Below the pieces are notes generated by a model. It was not told where the DNA came from and searched no databases. It was given only the letters and a program-made list of their open reading frames with translations. Position numbers and translations under genes: made by a program. A stretch of 64,000 nucleotides of DNA from Pristiophorus japonicus (lineage: Eukaryota): NCBI RefSeq assembly GCF_044704955.1, contig NC_091995.1:26660001-26724000 (forward strand). Reading direction: 5' to 3'. This document shows positions 27,719 through 39,400 of this stretch, one piece after another (the first letter of the stretch is position 1; each line of letters opens with the position of its first letter).

Positions 27719-30144
27719 CGCTGTCAGTCGCTCTGTATCTCCGGCTCACACACAAGTACAGGCAGGCCCCGAGCACAGTGACAGCGCCAAAGATGAGCAC
27801 ACGGAGCAGGAGAGCGGCTGGGTAGTCTTGGAGTTGTCCGCTGGTCTCCACTTGCTCTGTGCAGCTCCGGGTCGGATGCTCAGTGCCTGGAACAAGAATG
27901 TGATCATTTACAGCAATCCGACTATCAATTTGCTGGCAATATTCAGCTTGTTTCCAAGCGACAAGTGCAGTACAGTTAAATAATGTTCCTCTATCAGCAA
28001 AGGACACTGAGAATTTAATGGGTTCAATAATCAGACTGTGAATTCCTACCTGTCCTGGGATAGACTGTTAACGTCACATTGCGTTTACTGGCTGTGTTCC
28101 CACCACTGTAAGCAGATATCACGATGCTGTCACTGGGCTGCAGATCCTACAGTAACACGGATCCATTCTCCGGGTCGATGTGGACACCCTCCCTGTGGGA
28201 AGGAGCGACCCGCTGGTAATCTGAACAGGTATACCCGGGTCTGTCAGGGTCGGCAGAGCAGTTTGCTTGGGTCAGTGTCACTAATGGAGTGTCTCCGTGG
28301 AACAAAAAACACTTTATCTTTACAGTGGAGTAGGGAGTGAGTGTGGAGTCGGAGACGGGGAGAAGGACAGACTGGTTCACCGTCCCGCTCACTTCTCTCT
28401 GACCGACGCTCACAGTAACACGGCTTCCAGAGGCTGCAACACATTCAAAACAAAAAATCAGCTTCAGAATGGGAAATAAAACAGCTTAGAATTCCTTATG
28501 AAGATTTTAAATCAGGAGTCTGATTATAAAATATCCCATGCGTTCGAAATCACAAAATACCTGCAGCACCAACAAAGAATACATTGGATCGAATGAACAT
28601 AACGACCACTCAAGAGCATGAAATTATAGAATCATAGATCCATACAGCACAGAGGGAGCCCATTCGGCCCATCGTGTCTGTTTGAACGTGCTATCCAATT
28701 AATCCCACTCCCCCCCCGCTCTCTCCCCGGAGTCCTGCAAATGTTTCCTTTTCAACTATATATTCAATTCCCTTTTGAATTTTATTGTTGAATCTGCTTC
28801 CACCGCCCATTCAGGCAGTGCGTTCAGATCATAACAACAGCATTTGAGAGGTTAATCATTAAATAGTCACTATTAAATCGATAAAAGGAATTCAGGAGAA
28901 ACATTTTTATCCAGAGGGATGTGAGAATGTGGGACTCGCCAGCACAGGGAATGGCTGAGGCGAATAGTATAGAGACATTTAAGGCGAAGCTCGATAAACA
29001 CATGAGGGAGAAAGCTATAGAGGGATATTTTGTTCGGGTTAGTTGAAGTAAATAGGTTGTGGGGTGGCTCTTGAGGAGCATAAACCGGCTAGACCAGTTT
29101 GTCCAAATTACCTATTCTGTGCTGTATATTCTATTTAGAAACATAGAAACATAGAAAATAGGTGCAGGAGCAGGCCATTCAGCCCTTCTAGCCTGCACCG
29201 CCATTCAATGAGTTCATGGCTGAACATGAAACTTCAGTACCCCCTTCCTGCTTTCTCGCCATAACCCTTGATCCCCCGAGTAGTAAGGACTTCATCTAAC
29301 TCCCTTTTGAATATATTTAGTGAATTGGCCTCAACTACTTTCTGTGGTAGAGAATTCCACAGGTTCACCACTCTCTGGGTGAAGAAGTTTCTCCTCATCT
29401 CGGTCCTAAATGGCTTACCCCTTATCCTCAGACTGTGACCCCTGGTTCTGGACTTCCCCAACATTGGGAACATTCTTTCTGCATCTAACCTGTCTAAACC
29501 CGTCAGAATTTTAAACGTTTCTATGAGGTCCCCTCTCATTCTTCTGAACTCCAGTGAATACAAGCCCAGTTGATCCAATCTTTCTTGATAGGTCAGTCCC
29601 GCCATCCCGGGAATCAGTCTGGTGAACCTTCGCTGCACTCCCTCAATAGCAATTCTATGTTATAATCATTACATAAAGACGTGGTAGAGAACAATTGATC
29701 CAATCTGCCAATGTTACACATTTGCTAAAAGATACACACGGGAACATCTGACACATTAGTATAAAACAATAATTAAAGGCTTGTCAGAGATCAGTTAATT
29801 GATTAATAAATCCCAGCTACAGTTATAGATTGCGGGAATTCCCAGTGTGGAACAGTAACTGGAGGGCAGGTGGTGAGGGGGAATCTACCTGTTCACAGGA
29901 GCCCGACTGAATGAGACTGAAGATCTCAGGGAATGAGTTGAGCTTCATTCACTTTAGATCAGTGAGCGATTGAACCCCAGCCCCGATTAAAGACAGTCAG
30001 CAAAAAAGTCACAGAGTCAAGGGGAAACTCAGATACAAAATTACATTGATATTAGAAGTGAGAAAAAAACTTACCGGAGAGGGAAATAAAATAACTGACG
30101 AAAAGAAAAATGTTGGTGAATTTAAAGTTTATTTTCCGGCACAT
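27719..30144 (-). pseudogene. IgSF array copy 6 (leader 30144-30075; V 28433-28050; stalk/TM 27886-27719)
   Basis: Intact 70-nt leader MCRKINFKFTNIFLFVSYFISLS-G|GTAAG. The V exon is 384 nt and in frame but has TGG>TAG at 28147-28149 and a 6-nt loss in the F strand. The TM exon is 168 nt and its tail is deleted. Confidence 0.85.
29137..29651 (-). mobile_element. CR1 3' fragment in intron 1 of copy 6
   Basis: RT C-terminal ORF at 29234-29638; repeated TAGAAACA tail. Confidence 0.9.
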
Positions 30145-30290
30145 AGTGAGATCCGGGTACCCGCCGCCCCGATATCACAGTAACGGGACACCCAGCTGTG
30201 CCGAATGAGACGGAGTGACATTATTCCATGCGATTCAGTCTCGCAACCCGTGGTTCTTCGCAGGCGGCAGCGGAAGTGACCAATGGTAAA
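30145..30290 (-). promoter_or_regulatory. Candidate proximal promoter of the IgSF gene
   Basis: CpG-rich stretch just upstream of the leader ATG. It has a GC box (CCGCCCCG ~30182), an ETS-type CGGAAGTG (~30271) and an adjacent CCAAT. GCGGAAGTGACC also lies upstream of the leaders of copies 1 and 4. Motif evidence only. Confidence 0.4.
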
Positions 30291-30439
30291 AGTGAATTTT
30301 CAGCATTGCACCTAATTAATAACATTTTATATACCGGCTCCATAATTTCTATTTCGCAATACATCTGCTTAAAGTCGATTGAGTCAAAATGACAGATTAA
30401 AAAAAATACAATCTGTGTTAAAGATAAAGTTGTGCGGAT

Positions 30440-32280
30440 TAATCTCCCGCACACTATCACTCAGTAACCCCTCACCATGCACCCTGTGTCACTAATTGTA
30501 TCTGTACTGATGTTAATCCAGCTCCCTCACACTATCACTCAGTAACTTCCTTCCCCACCCCCTCTCCCGCACCCCCCCCCCCCTTACTTCGGTGCCCTAT
30601 GTCACTGACTGTATCTCTATTAATGACAATCCAGCTCCCTCACACTGTCACTTGGACCATAAGCTTGGTGCCAGATTTGAGGTCCTGCTCTTCAAATACT
30701 CTCTTCCTCAGGCGACCGAAGGTTGCACTGGCATACTGGAGGTGGTGTTGGACCTCGTCATCGATGTCTGCCCTTGTTGACAGTAGCCTCCCGAGGAATG
30801 CTAAATGGTCCACGTTGTTCAAGGCCTCATCGTGGATTTTGATAATCGGGGGCAGTGGGGAGGGGCGGGGGGGGGGGGTGGCGTGCAATGCAGTCAGGTG
30901 GATGGAGGACGTTTGTCTTACGGATGTTTAGTGTAGGGCCCATGCTTTCATATGCCTCGGTGAAGTTGTTGATGATGGCTTCGAGTTCGGCCTCTGAGTG
31001 TGCGCAGATACAAGCTTATGGTCTACAGGGCAGTAGTAATACCCGCCCTCCTATATGGCTCAGAGACGTGGACTCTTTACAGCAGAAATTTCAAAGCGCT
31101 GAAGAAGTACCGCCAGCACTGCCTCCGCAAGATCCTGCAAATCCACTGGGAGGATATACGCACCAACGTCAGTGTTCTCACTCAGGCCGACATCCCCAGC
31201 ATTGAAGCACTGACCATGCTCAACCAGCTCCGTTGGGTGGGCCTCATCATTCGCATATCTGACACAAGACTCCCTAAGCAAGCTACTCGGAGCTCTAACA
31301 TGGCAAGTGAGCCCCAGGTGGGCAGAGGAAACATTTCAAGGACACCCTCAAAGCCTCCTTGATAAACTCGGAGCTCCAACACGGCAAGTGAGCCCCAGGT
31401 GGGCAGAGGAAACATTTCAAGGACACCCTCAAAGCCTCCTTGATAAACTCGGAGCTCCAACACGGCAAGTGAGCCCCAGGTGGGCAGAGGAAACATTTCA
31501 AGGACACCCTCAAAGCCTCCTTGATAAAATGCAACATCCCCACTGGCACCTGGAAATCCCTGGTCCGAGACTGCCCAACGTGGAGGAAGAGCATCTTGGA
31601 GGGCGCTGAGCACCTCGAGTCTCATCGCTAATAGCATGCGGAAATCAAGCACAGAGAGCAGAAGGATGGTGCGGCAAACCAGACTCCCCACCCACATTTT
31701 CCTTCAACCACTGTCTGCCCCACCTGTGACAGAGACTGTAATTCCTGCACTGGACTGTACAATCACCTTGGAACTCACTTTTAGAGTGGAAGCAAATCTT
31801 CCTTGATTTCGAGGGACTGCCTATGATGATGGATGACTCTGCCACTCAATAACCTCTCTGCATAGCACCCTTTATTAATGACTGTATCTGACATTAATCC
31901 AGCTTCCTCACACTGTCATTCAGTAACCCCTCCTCTCAGCACCCTATTTCACTGACGTGCCTGTACTGACATTAATCCAGCTCCCTCACACTGTCACTCA
32001 GTAACCTCCCCGTGTTATTGACTGTAACTCTGCTGATGTTAGTCCAGGTCCTTCACATTGTCGTTCAGCAACCCCTCCCCTCAGCGCCCGGATTTTAATC
32101 CAGGATTCTCACACTGTTACTCAGTAACCACCCACCCTGCACCCTGTGTTACTAACTGTACCTGTACAGATATTAATCCAGCTCCCTCACACCGGTGGGA
32201 TAAGTAACTCCTCTGAGCTAGGATGCTGTGTTATTGACTATAATTATGTTAATCCAGCTTCCGACCAGAACCCCCCCCCC
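30440..32280. repeat. Degenerate ~70-bp minisatellite interrupted by an RTE insertion
   Basis: Recurrent TTAATCCAGCTCCCTCACACTGTCACTCAGTAACCCC...CTGTGTTATTGACTGTA. Confidence 0.8.
30653..31835 (+). mobile_element. RTE-clade LINE 3' fragment with an inverted 5' part and an 81-bp triplication
   Basis: VYRAVVIPALLYGSETW...CLRKILQIHW...QLRWVG and a (TGA)n tail on +. Positions 30655-31008 are upstream RTE sequence on the minus strand. Candidate TSD ACACTGTCACT / ACTCTGCCACT. Confidence 0.87.
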
Positions 32281-33254
32281 CATCAGTGTTATGATGCTTT
32301 CCCAATTTAATTCCAGAGGAAAATGTTCCAACTATTTTTAAATGTTAGCCTCACAATTGTACTGGGTGCTGGAAATACTCCATGATATGTGCGGTTTTGG
32401 GAGCAGGCATGAGGTAGGAACTAACAGCAAAATGGAAATGCTACTCTTGCGATCCCCATGGCCCCACACTACCTGGTGAGATGACGTATAACTGCAGTGA
32501 ATGGTGATTTTATAGTTATTGATTGTATTGAGGAGCTGTCTTACATCAGGAGCCACACTACTGTACCCTACCATACCAGTGGGTCAGGGCCACAAGGTCA
32601 CACGATACCTTCGGATGGAAATCTTTTGACATACTGACCCTACCATCTCCTCATTGCAATCACTGTCCCTTCAATAAACCCAAAGTCCTGCCCTCACCAA
32701 ACCACCCCCCCACCCCCAACCTGTCCCTTGTACCTCATTCCAACTGTTGATCACTTTCTATGTAAAGAAATACATCCTCATGTTTGTTCCTCCTGTTCCC
32801 TGACCCTATCCCTCCCTGTTCCGCTGCCTTGGTGTCTTTGAAATTTTGATTGCAGGAATGTTTTCTCGGTCTTTCTAAGTATGTTATCTACCTCCTCAGC
32901 TTTCCATCTTGAAGATTCATCAGGCTGAAGAGCCACAGCTTAACTAGGAATTCCTCACAGATCTTTCCTCTAGCCGAGGAACAACCTCTCCATCCTCTAT
33001 ACAAACCTGGAATGTCCCCATGTGTCACAGTGACCAAATCTGATTGCAAGTTGAGGAGTATTGACCTGTGAACTCTGACCTGTGACCTCTGGGCATTGGC
33101 ACTGTACTGGCTTGACATTATAACCCATCCTTTTCACTTTGTCTTTGCCTACACTGTTAGACATAGTGAATGTCAAATCAAGTAATACCTTAGATATCCT
33201 TCAACTCCAATCCACCCATGCAATTAACAAGTTAGATCCCACCCATGAAGGCTC

Positions 33255-33675
33255 CTATTTAACATTCCATTTGCCATCCTAATTACTTGCTGTACCTGCG
33301 TGCTAACTTTTTATTTTCATGTAGAAGGAGCCTCAGATCCCTCTGTACCACTTGTAATCACTCCCCATTTAAATAATAATTTGCTTTTTTATTTTTCCTA
33401 CCAAAGTGGATAACCTCACATTTTCCCACATTATTCTCCATCTGCCAAATATTGCCCACTCACTGACCCTGTCTATATCCCTTTGTAGATTATTTGCCTC
33501 CTCCTCACAACTTGCATTGCCACCTATCGTTGTATCATCAGCAAATTTGGCTACATTACACTCAGTCCCTTCATCCAAGTCATTAATATAAAGTGTAAAT
33601 AATTGAGGCTCCAGCACTGATCCCTGTGGCACCCCACTAGTTACAGTTTGCCAACCTGAAAATCACCCATTTCAT
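33255..33675 (-). mobile_element. CR1 RT internal fragment
   Basis: PQGSVL..LFTLYINDL...KFADDT. Confidence 0.85.
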
Positions 33676-34099
33676 GCCTGGTCTCTGCTCTGAAGAGGGC
33701 AGCATTTTATTTGGTGCGCCGCTTGGATGAAGGGCTCAAGGGCGCCTCCTGCTCCTGTTCACCCCTTTCTCCAATCTGCCAGGATGCCAAAATTCGCTTG
33801 AGGCTTTTCGCTTCCTTAAGATCCACCAGCGCACCAGTTATTATGACTGCTTCCTTGAGCCTGGTGCAATGTAGGTAGTGTGTGTGTGTGTGTGTTATTA
33901 TAGCAGGGTCGGGTTTATCAAGTCACGGTTGTGACTTTTATCAAGCCTCACCTAATGGTAACACAGATTGGGAAATCATGGGCGCTTCCCCACAACCTAC
34001 CAATAGGCGATCCCGACAAACAAGATTCCCCACTCACAGCCCAGGTGAGTACAATTGGCCACAGCCTTGCAAACTGATGTGAGGGGCACAATATACACC

Positions 34100-34712
34100 A
34101 GGGCCGAAATACAGGGTCCCTGTAAGGCCCGTTACCGTTGTTTTGCGACGGCCATGTGGCAGAATCGAGTGGCCGCTGCCATCCAGTCCATGGGCCGCCC
34201 CGTCAAAATTCACCTCGGGGATTTTTCAGCCTGTCCTCACTGCTGCCACGCTGCTGCTGACTGCCACGGGCTTGCCATCAAAACACGTACTGCTGCTATC
34301 CCTCACCTCCAGGACACTCCGACCCAAATTCAACTGCCATCCCCTCTTGGGTGCCAGGCCGCTGCCCCGGCCGAAACCCTTCCTGGTGGCCCAGTGGCCG
34401 AAGCTCAAAAATCCCCGATTGTCTCCCCTTTACCGGAGCGGAGAGAGTGTGGTGACACACACGCACAGTGACATCATCACTGCTCCGCCGCTGAGTGACA
34501 GTGGTGGAGACTCGATCCCGCCCCAACTTCAGCCCCTCAGCAGGACTTACCACCGCACTTCCGCTCCCATTATGACGGACTTCCGGTCCGACATCCAAAA
34601 AATTTTGCAATGCCGAAAATCGATCCGAAGGCCGCCTCAGCGCTCCCGGTGGAATAACCAGGTAAACAATCGATGGTGCGCCAGCTTTCTGGCTTGCCTG
34701 AATTTCGGCCCC
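34100..34712. mobile_element. GC-rich non-autonomous Harbinger-type MITE
   Basis: Termini AGGGCCGAAAT / ATTTCGGCCCC, flanked by a 3-bp ACC on both sides. Internal similarity to 61219-62037. Confidence 0.7.
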
Positions 34713-37700
34713 ACCGTATGTATGCAATGATCTGGTCTTCCCAGCACTTCGATAACACACAGAACGCCTGATCATCTCCTCCGACAATGCGAATTAAAGG
34801 GGCAATGGTGAGCAAACCTTCTTTTGACAGTAGGCTGATAGGAACCAGAAGAGGCTACCTTGTGATCGATAGCAACTGTTCATCAAGACTCCTCCTCACT
34901 TCTCCATTTCGAGTTTAAATCGATCCCAGTTATTTTTCTTGTCAAGAATAGGAAAGACAGACTTATATTTTATACAGTGCCTTTCTAAGTGTCCAGCTAA
35001 GAGAGCTCTATACAGTCAGTGCCTCACAGCTAACCTGGCATGCCTTGATGACTCCAAGATGCAGAATGTCCACAGCGCTTGGTCTGTCCTCCAGGTCTCC
35101 ATAACCAGTGCTCGGTCACTCGACCAGGAAACACCAGGATTGGTTTGATGAGAATGATCAGGAGATCCAAGAGCTAATAGATCGCAAGTGCAGGGCTTTT
35201 CTGAGCCTTAAACAATAACCCAACTTGGGAGCAGCAAAGCAGCATTACAGACGGCTCAAAGCTGAGGTCGAACAAAAAGCCTGGGACCTAAAGAACAGGT
35301 GGTGGATGGAGAAAGCACAGGAGATACTGCAGCTGGCTGACAGCCATGATGTGCGAGGATTCCTCATTGCAATCAAGGCCACCTGCGGCCCAAACACCCA
35401 AGGCCCCACCCCACTGCTGGCCAAGAATGGGGAGACACTCATCAAGGACACCGAGGCAGTCAGGGTCCACTGGAAGGAGCACTTCGAAGATCTCCTCAAT
35501 CGAGACTCTGCCTTTGACTCGAGTATTCTCGACTCCATCCCGCAGCATGCTACTTGCCATCACCTTAGTAAAACCCCAACATTGCACGAGGTAGAAAAAG
35601 CTGTAAGACAGCTTAAGAACATCAAGGCTTTGGGAGGGGATGGAATCCCTGCTGAAGGACTGAAGTATGGCGGAGAGGCACTGCTGGTTCAAATACACGA
35701 CCTCATCTCTCTCATTTGGAGGGAGGAGAGCACGCCGGGAGATCTCAGAGATGCAGTGATCGTGACCATCTTTAAAAAAGGGGACAAGTCCGACTGCGGC
35801 AAATACAGAGGATTCTCCCTGTTATCAGCCACTGGGAAAGTCGTCGCTAGAGTCATCCTCAACCGTCTTTTCCCTGTGGCTGAGGAACTCCTCCCGGAGT
35901 CACAGTGTGGATTTCAATCCCTCTGGGGAACAATGGACATGATTTTTGCAGTGCGACAACAACTGCAGGAAAAATGCAGGGAATAGCGCCAGCCCTTATA
36001 CATGGCCTTCTTCGCCCATACAAAGGTCTTTGACACTGTCAACTGCGAGGGTCCATCGAGGGTCCTCCTCTGTTTTGGATGCCCCCAAAAGTTCGTCACC
36101 ATCCTCCACCTGCTCCACAATGACATGCAGGCCGTGATCCTTACAATGGATCCATTACAGACCCAATCCACGTCCAGACCGGGGTCAAATAGGGATGCGT
36201 CATCACCCCAACCCACTTCTCAATCTTCCTCGCTGCCATGCTCCACCTCACAGTTGACAAGTTCCCCGCTGGAGTGGAACTAAACTACAGAACCAGTGGG
36301 AACCTGTTCAACCTTCGCCGTCTTCAGGTCAGGTCTAAGACCACCCCAACCTCTGTTGTCGAGCTACATTACGTGGACAACGCCTTTGTCTGCGCACATA
36401 AAGAGGCTGAGTCGATATATTTACTGAGGTGTACAAAAGCATGGGCCTTATGCTATAGATTAGTAAGACAAAGGTCCTCCACCAGCCTGTTCTCATCGCA
36501 CAGCACTGTCCCACAGTCATCAAGATCCACAACGTGGCCCTGGACACCGTGGACCACTTCCCATATCTCGGGAGCCTCCTATCAACAAGAGCAGGCATCA
36601 ATGACGAGATCCAACACTGCCCCCAGTGCACGAGTGCAGCCTTCGGCTGCCTGAGCAAAAGAGTGTTTGAAGACCAGGCCCTCAAAACTGCCACCAAGCT
36701 CATGGTCTACAGGGCTGTCATAATACCCGCCCTCCTGTATGGCTCAGAAACATGGGGCTAGAACCTCCATTTTTGGGCTTATCGCCCAAAAATGGGCATT
36801 ATTTCTGGCGTGGGCGTTAAAAAGGGTTTTCAGATTGCCGGCTTCTCGCCCATTCTCAAAACCCCTAGTTTCCTTTTTGAAAATGGGTGTTGCCGGGAGC
36901 GATATCAAATGGGCTGTAGCATAACATTTTTTTGACCTTCTGCCATAAAGTGTGGCCATACTTAGCAACGGCATGGTAACGCTCGATTTCCCCCGATTCA
37001 GGAGGTCAAGGGTCATCATGACATGTGCAGAAGAGGAGACAGAGAGAGAGGGAGCTCAGAGGCACTGAAAGCGTGTGTGGCTATGGTGTGTGTTTGTCTG
37101 GCTGATTTGGGAGGAACGACGGAGATTCACCAGTAACAAAAAGCCTACGAAGCATCAAGAACATAGTTAGCACCGAGTTTTTGTCCAACAAATAGGATAT
37201 AACATGGAAGGGATGGAAGAGGTCCTGGAGCTGGTAGCCAGGAACACTGGTGGCAGAGGGCTCCCAGTGGTCCCAGAGCGCTGCCCTGCACCCCAAGGTG
37301 CCGCATCCCCATTGCTAACCACACATGAGAGGCTGCAGCAACATCTTGCTTCTGGCTCAGAGCACGTTCCCCCCCTTGGGACGACCCTCTCCTGCATCCA
37401 TCCAAGCAGTGCTTTAGCCATCACAACCCCCCGCCCCCCCCAATGATGCATCGCCTGAGGACCTCCTAGGCCAGGTGGAAGGGAAGGGGAAGGGGTAGAG
37501 GTGGGGAGGAGAAGCAGGGGCGGGGGAGGTTGGGGGTAGTGTTGGTTTGTACAGAAGTACTGATGATTTCAGACTAATGTTCAGTTTAAATGTTTTTTAT
37601 TTAACAAAACCTTGTAGCAGATTGGCTCAGATGGCTGCACTATTACACACTGGTGGTTCTTTTACATCAAAGGGGATAACTTAAACATGGGGCTAGAACC

Positions 37701-37903
37701 TTCACTTTTGTGTGCTTATCACCCAAAAATGGGCGTTATTTCTGGCGTGGGCAGTAAAAAAGGGTTTTCAGATCGCCGACTTCTTGCCCATTCTCAAAAC
37801 ACCTAAACTTAAACTTTAACTGTCACCAAGGTGATGCCCACCATTGATGTATGACCTGCACACCCAGCAGTGTGTCAGCCTTGTAAATAACACCAACGTT
37901 CTT

Positions 37904-38650
37904 TCAGGCAAAGCGATCATTGATAAGCTCCTGGCGTAAGGTTCCTGCAGTTATCATGCCACCATGGGCCCTTTCATGCGGTCTACAGGAGGGCGGAGGC
38001 ATGGCTTCAGCATCAGCCTGATTGTCTGGCCCGATGTCAGCGTCCGCCTCCTCGTCCTCCTCTTCCTCTCTCTGGTGAGGTGGACTTTCAGACTCATCAG
38101 GCAATTTTTGTCCCCTCCTGGAGCACACCACCACGAATTGAGCTACCTGCTCAGGGTGGTATTGGAGCTGGCCTGCTGATTGGTCCAGGCATCTAAAGCA
38201 CTGCTTCAGCACTCCAATGGTTTTTGCCACAATATTGCGAATTGCTCTGTGGCTCTCGTTGTATCGCCTCTCGGCCTCAGTGTGGGTGTCACGCAGGGGG
38301 CGGGGGGCATCAGCCAGGTCGTGAGGCCATATCCTTTGTCACCAAGCAGCAAGCATTGATCTTGTAGCTCATTGTTAAACAAGTCAGATACAATGCTCTC
38401 ACGCAGGATGTGAGCATCATGGATGCTGCACGGAAATTGAGCATTCACTGCCAGTATCATTTGCTGGTGGTCGACAACCAGTTGGACATTCAGAGAGTGG
38501 AATCCTTGCGGTTCCTGAAAACCTCAGCATCCTGAAAAGGTGCCCACATTGCGATGTGTGTACAGTCTATTGCTCCCTGCACCTTGGGGAAGTTTGCAAT
38601 TCTGGAGAATCCTAGAGCCCTCTCACTCTGTGCCTCCCTGGTCATAGGGA
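37904..38650 (-). pseudogene. Harbinger DDE transposase, catalytic C-terminal half
   Basis: FPKVQGAIDCTHI, FHSLNVQLVVD, HDAHILRES, GDKGY, TIGVLKQCFRCLD, acidic tail, RQELINDRFA*; frameshifted. Confidence 0.9.
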
Positions 38651-39400
38651 AAAAATACTACCGCCTGCCCACGTTTTTGGGGTGGAATCAGCAGAATGGG
38701 CAAATTCAACGCCCATAGGTGGTGAAATTGACACAGGGCAATCTCATGGTCACTAGTTTCGGTAAATATGCTCTTTACGACAAAAGAAAGTGGGCGGGCG
38801 TTAATATTGAATCTTGGCGTTAAATCCATGCGGAAAGTAATGCTGGGAGATATTATGGGTGTTGAATTTGCCCATTCTGCTGATTCTGCCCCCAAAAAGT
38901 GGGCGGGAGGTAATATTTTTTCCCGGCATTAAGCACATGGGGAACGTAATGCTCGTCAATAAGTTTCCGAAAAATTCAGTTTCCATTTTTAATCACATGT
39001 CGCGTCCTTTAAAAGGCTGCTGTGCTTCAATCTCGGTGGAGTTCGGATGTACTCTGTAGGTCGATGGAGTTGATGTGAACATCTGTAAAAACATCTTGAC
39101 CATACTGTGACCGATTGGAATAGAATAGGTGTCTTCGTCGGGGCATTCCTTGTTTGTGTGCAATTGGTGGAAAACAGAGAGCTACTGCATGACCAATTAG
39201 AAATATAGAAACATAGAAAATAGGTGCAGGAGTAGGCCATTCAGCTCTTCGAGCCTGCACCATCATTCAATAAGATCATGGCTGATCATTCTATCAGTAC
39301 CCCTTTCCTGCTTTCTCTTCATACCCCTTGGTCCCCTTAGCCGTAAGGGCCATATCTAACTCCCTCTTGAATATATCCAATGAACTGGCATCAACAACTC

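Larger units (their letters stand above)
5700..30300 (-). repeat. Tandem segmental-duplication array of six copies of an Ig V-set/TM gene unit
   Basis: The same ordered blocks recur, with an invariant core at 5964, 8326, 17970, 23059, 27549 and 29907. V exons begin at 7362, 17015, 21555, 26597 and 28433. TM exons begin at 16448, 20977, 26026 and 27886. Confidence 0.92.

Noticed and set aside
16643-28433. V exons as rearranging Ig/TCR V segments (CACAGTG and CACAGTA heptamer-like words nearby)
   Set aside because: The canonical Cys pair is absent, the exon includes its own G strand and splice donor, and I saw no nonamer at 12/23 spacing.
31286-31527. CRISPR-like array (also considered for the satellites)
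   Set aside because: Head-to-tail repeats with no unique spacers, in eukaryotic DNA with no cas genes.
34055-34815. Overlapping long GC-rich ORFs
   Set aside because: Explained by stop-codon scarcity inside a GC-rich MITE.
37904-38650. Domesticated host HARBI1 gene
   Set aside because: Frameshifted, split, and enclosed by TIRs inside an RTE, so it is a transposon copy.
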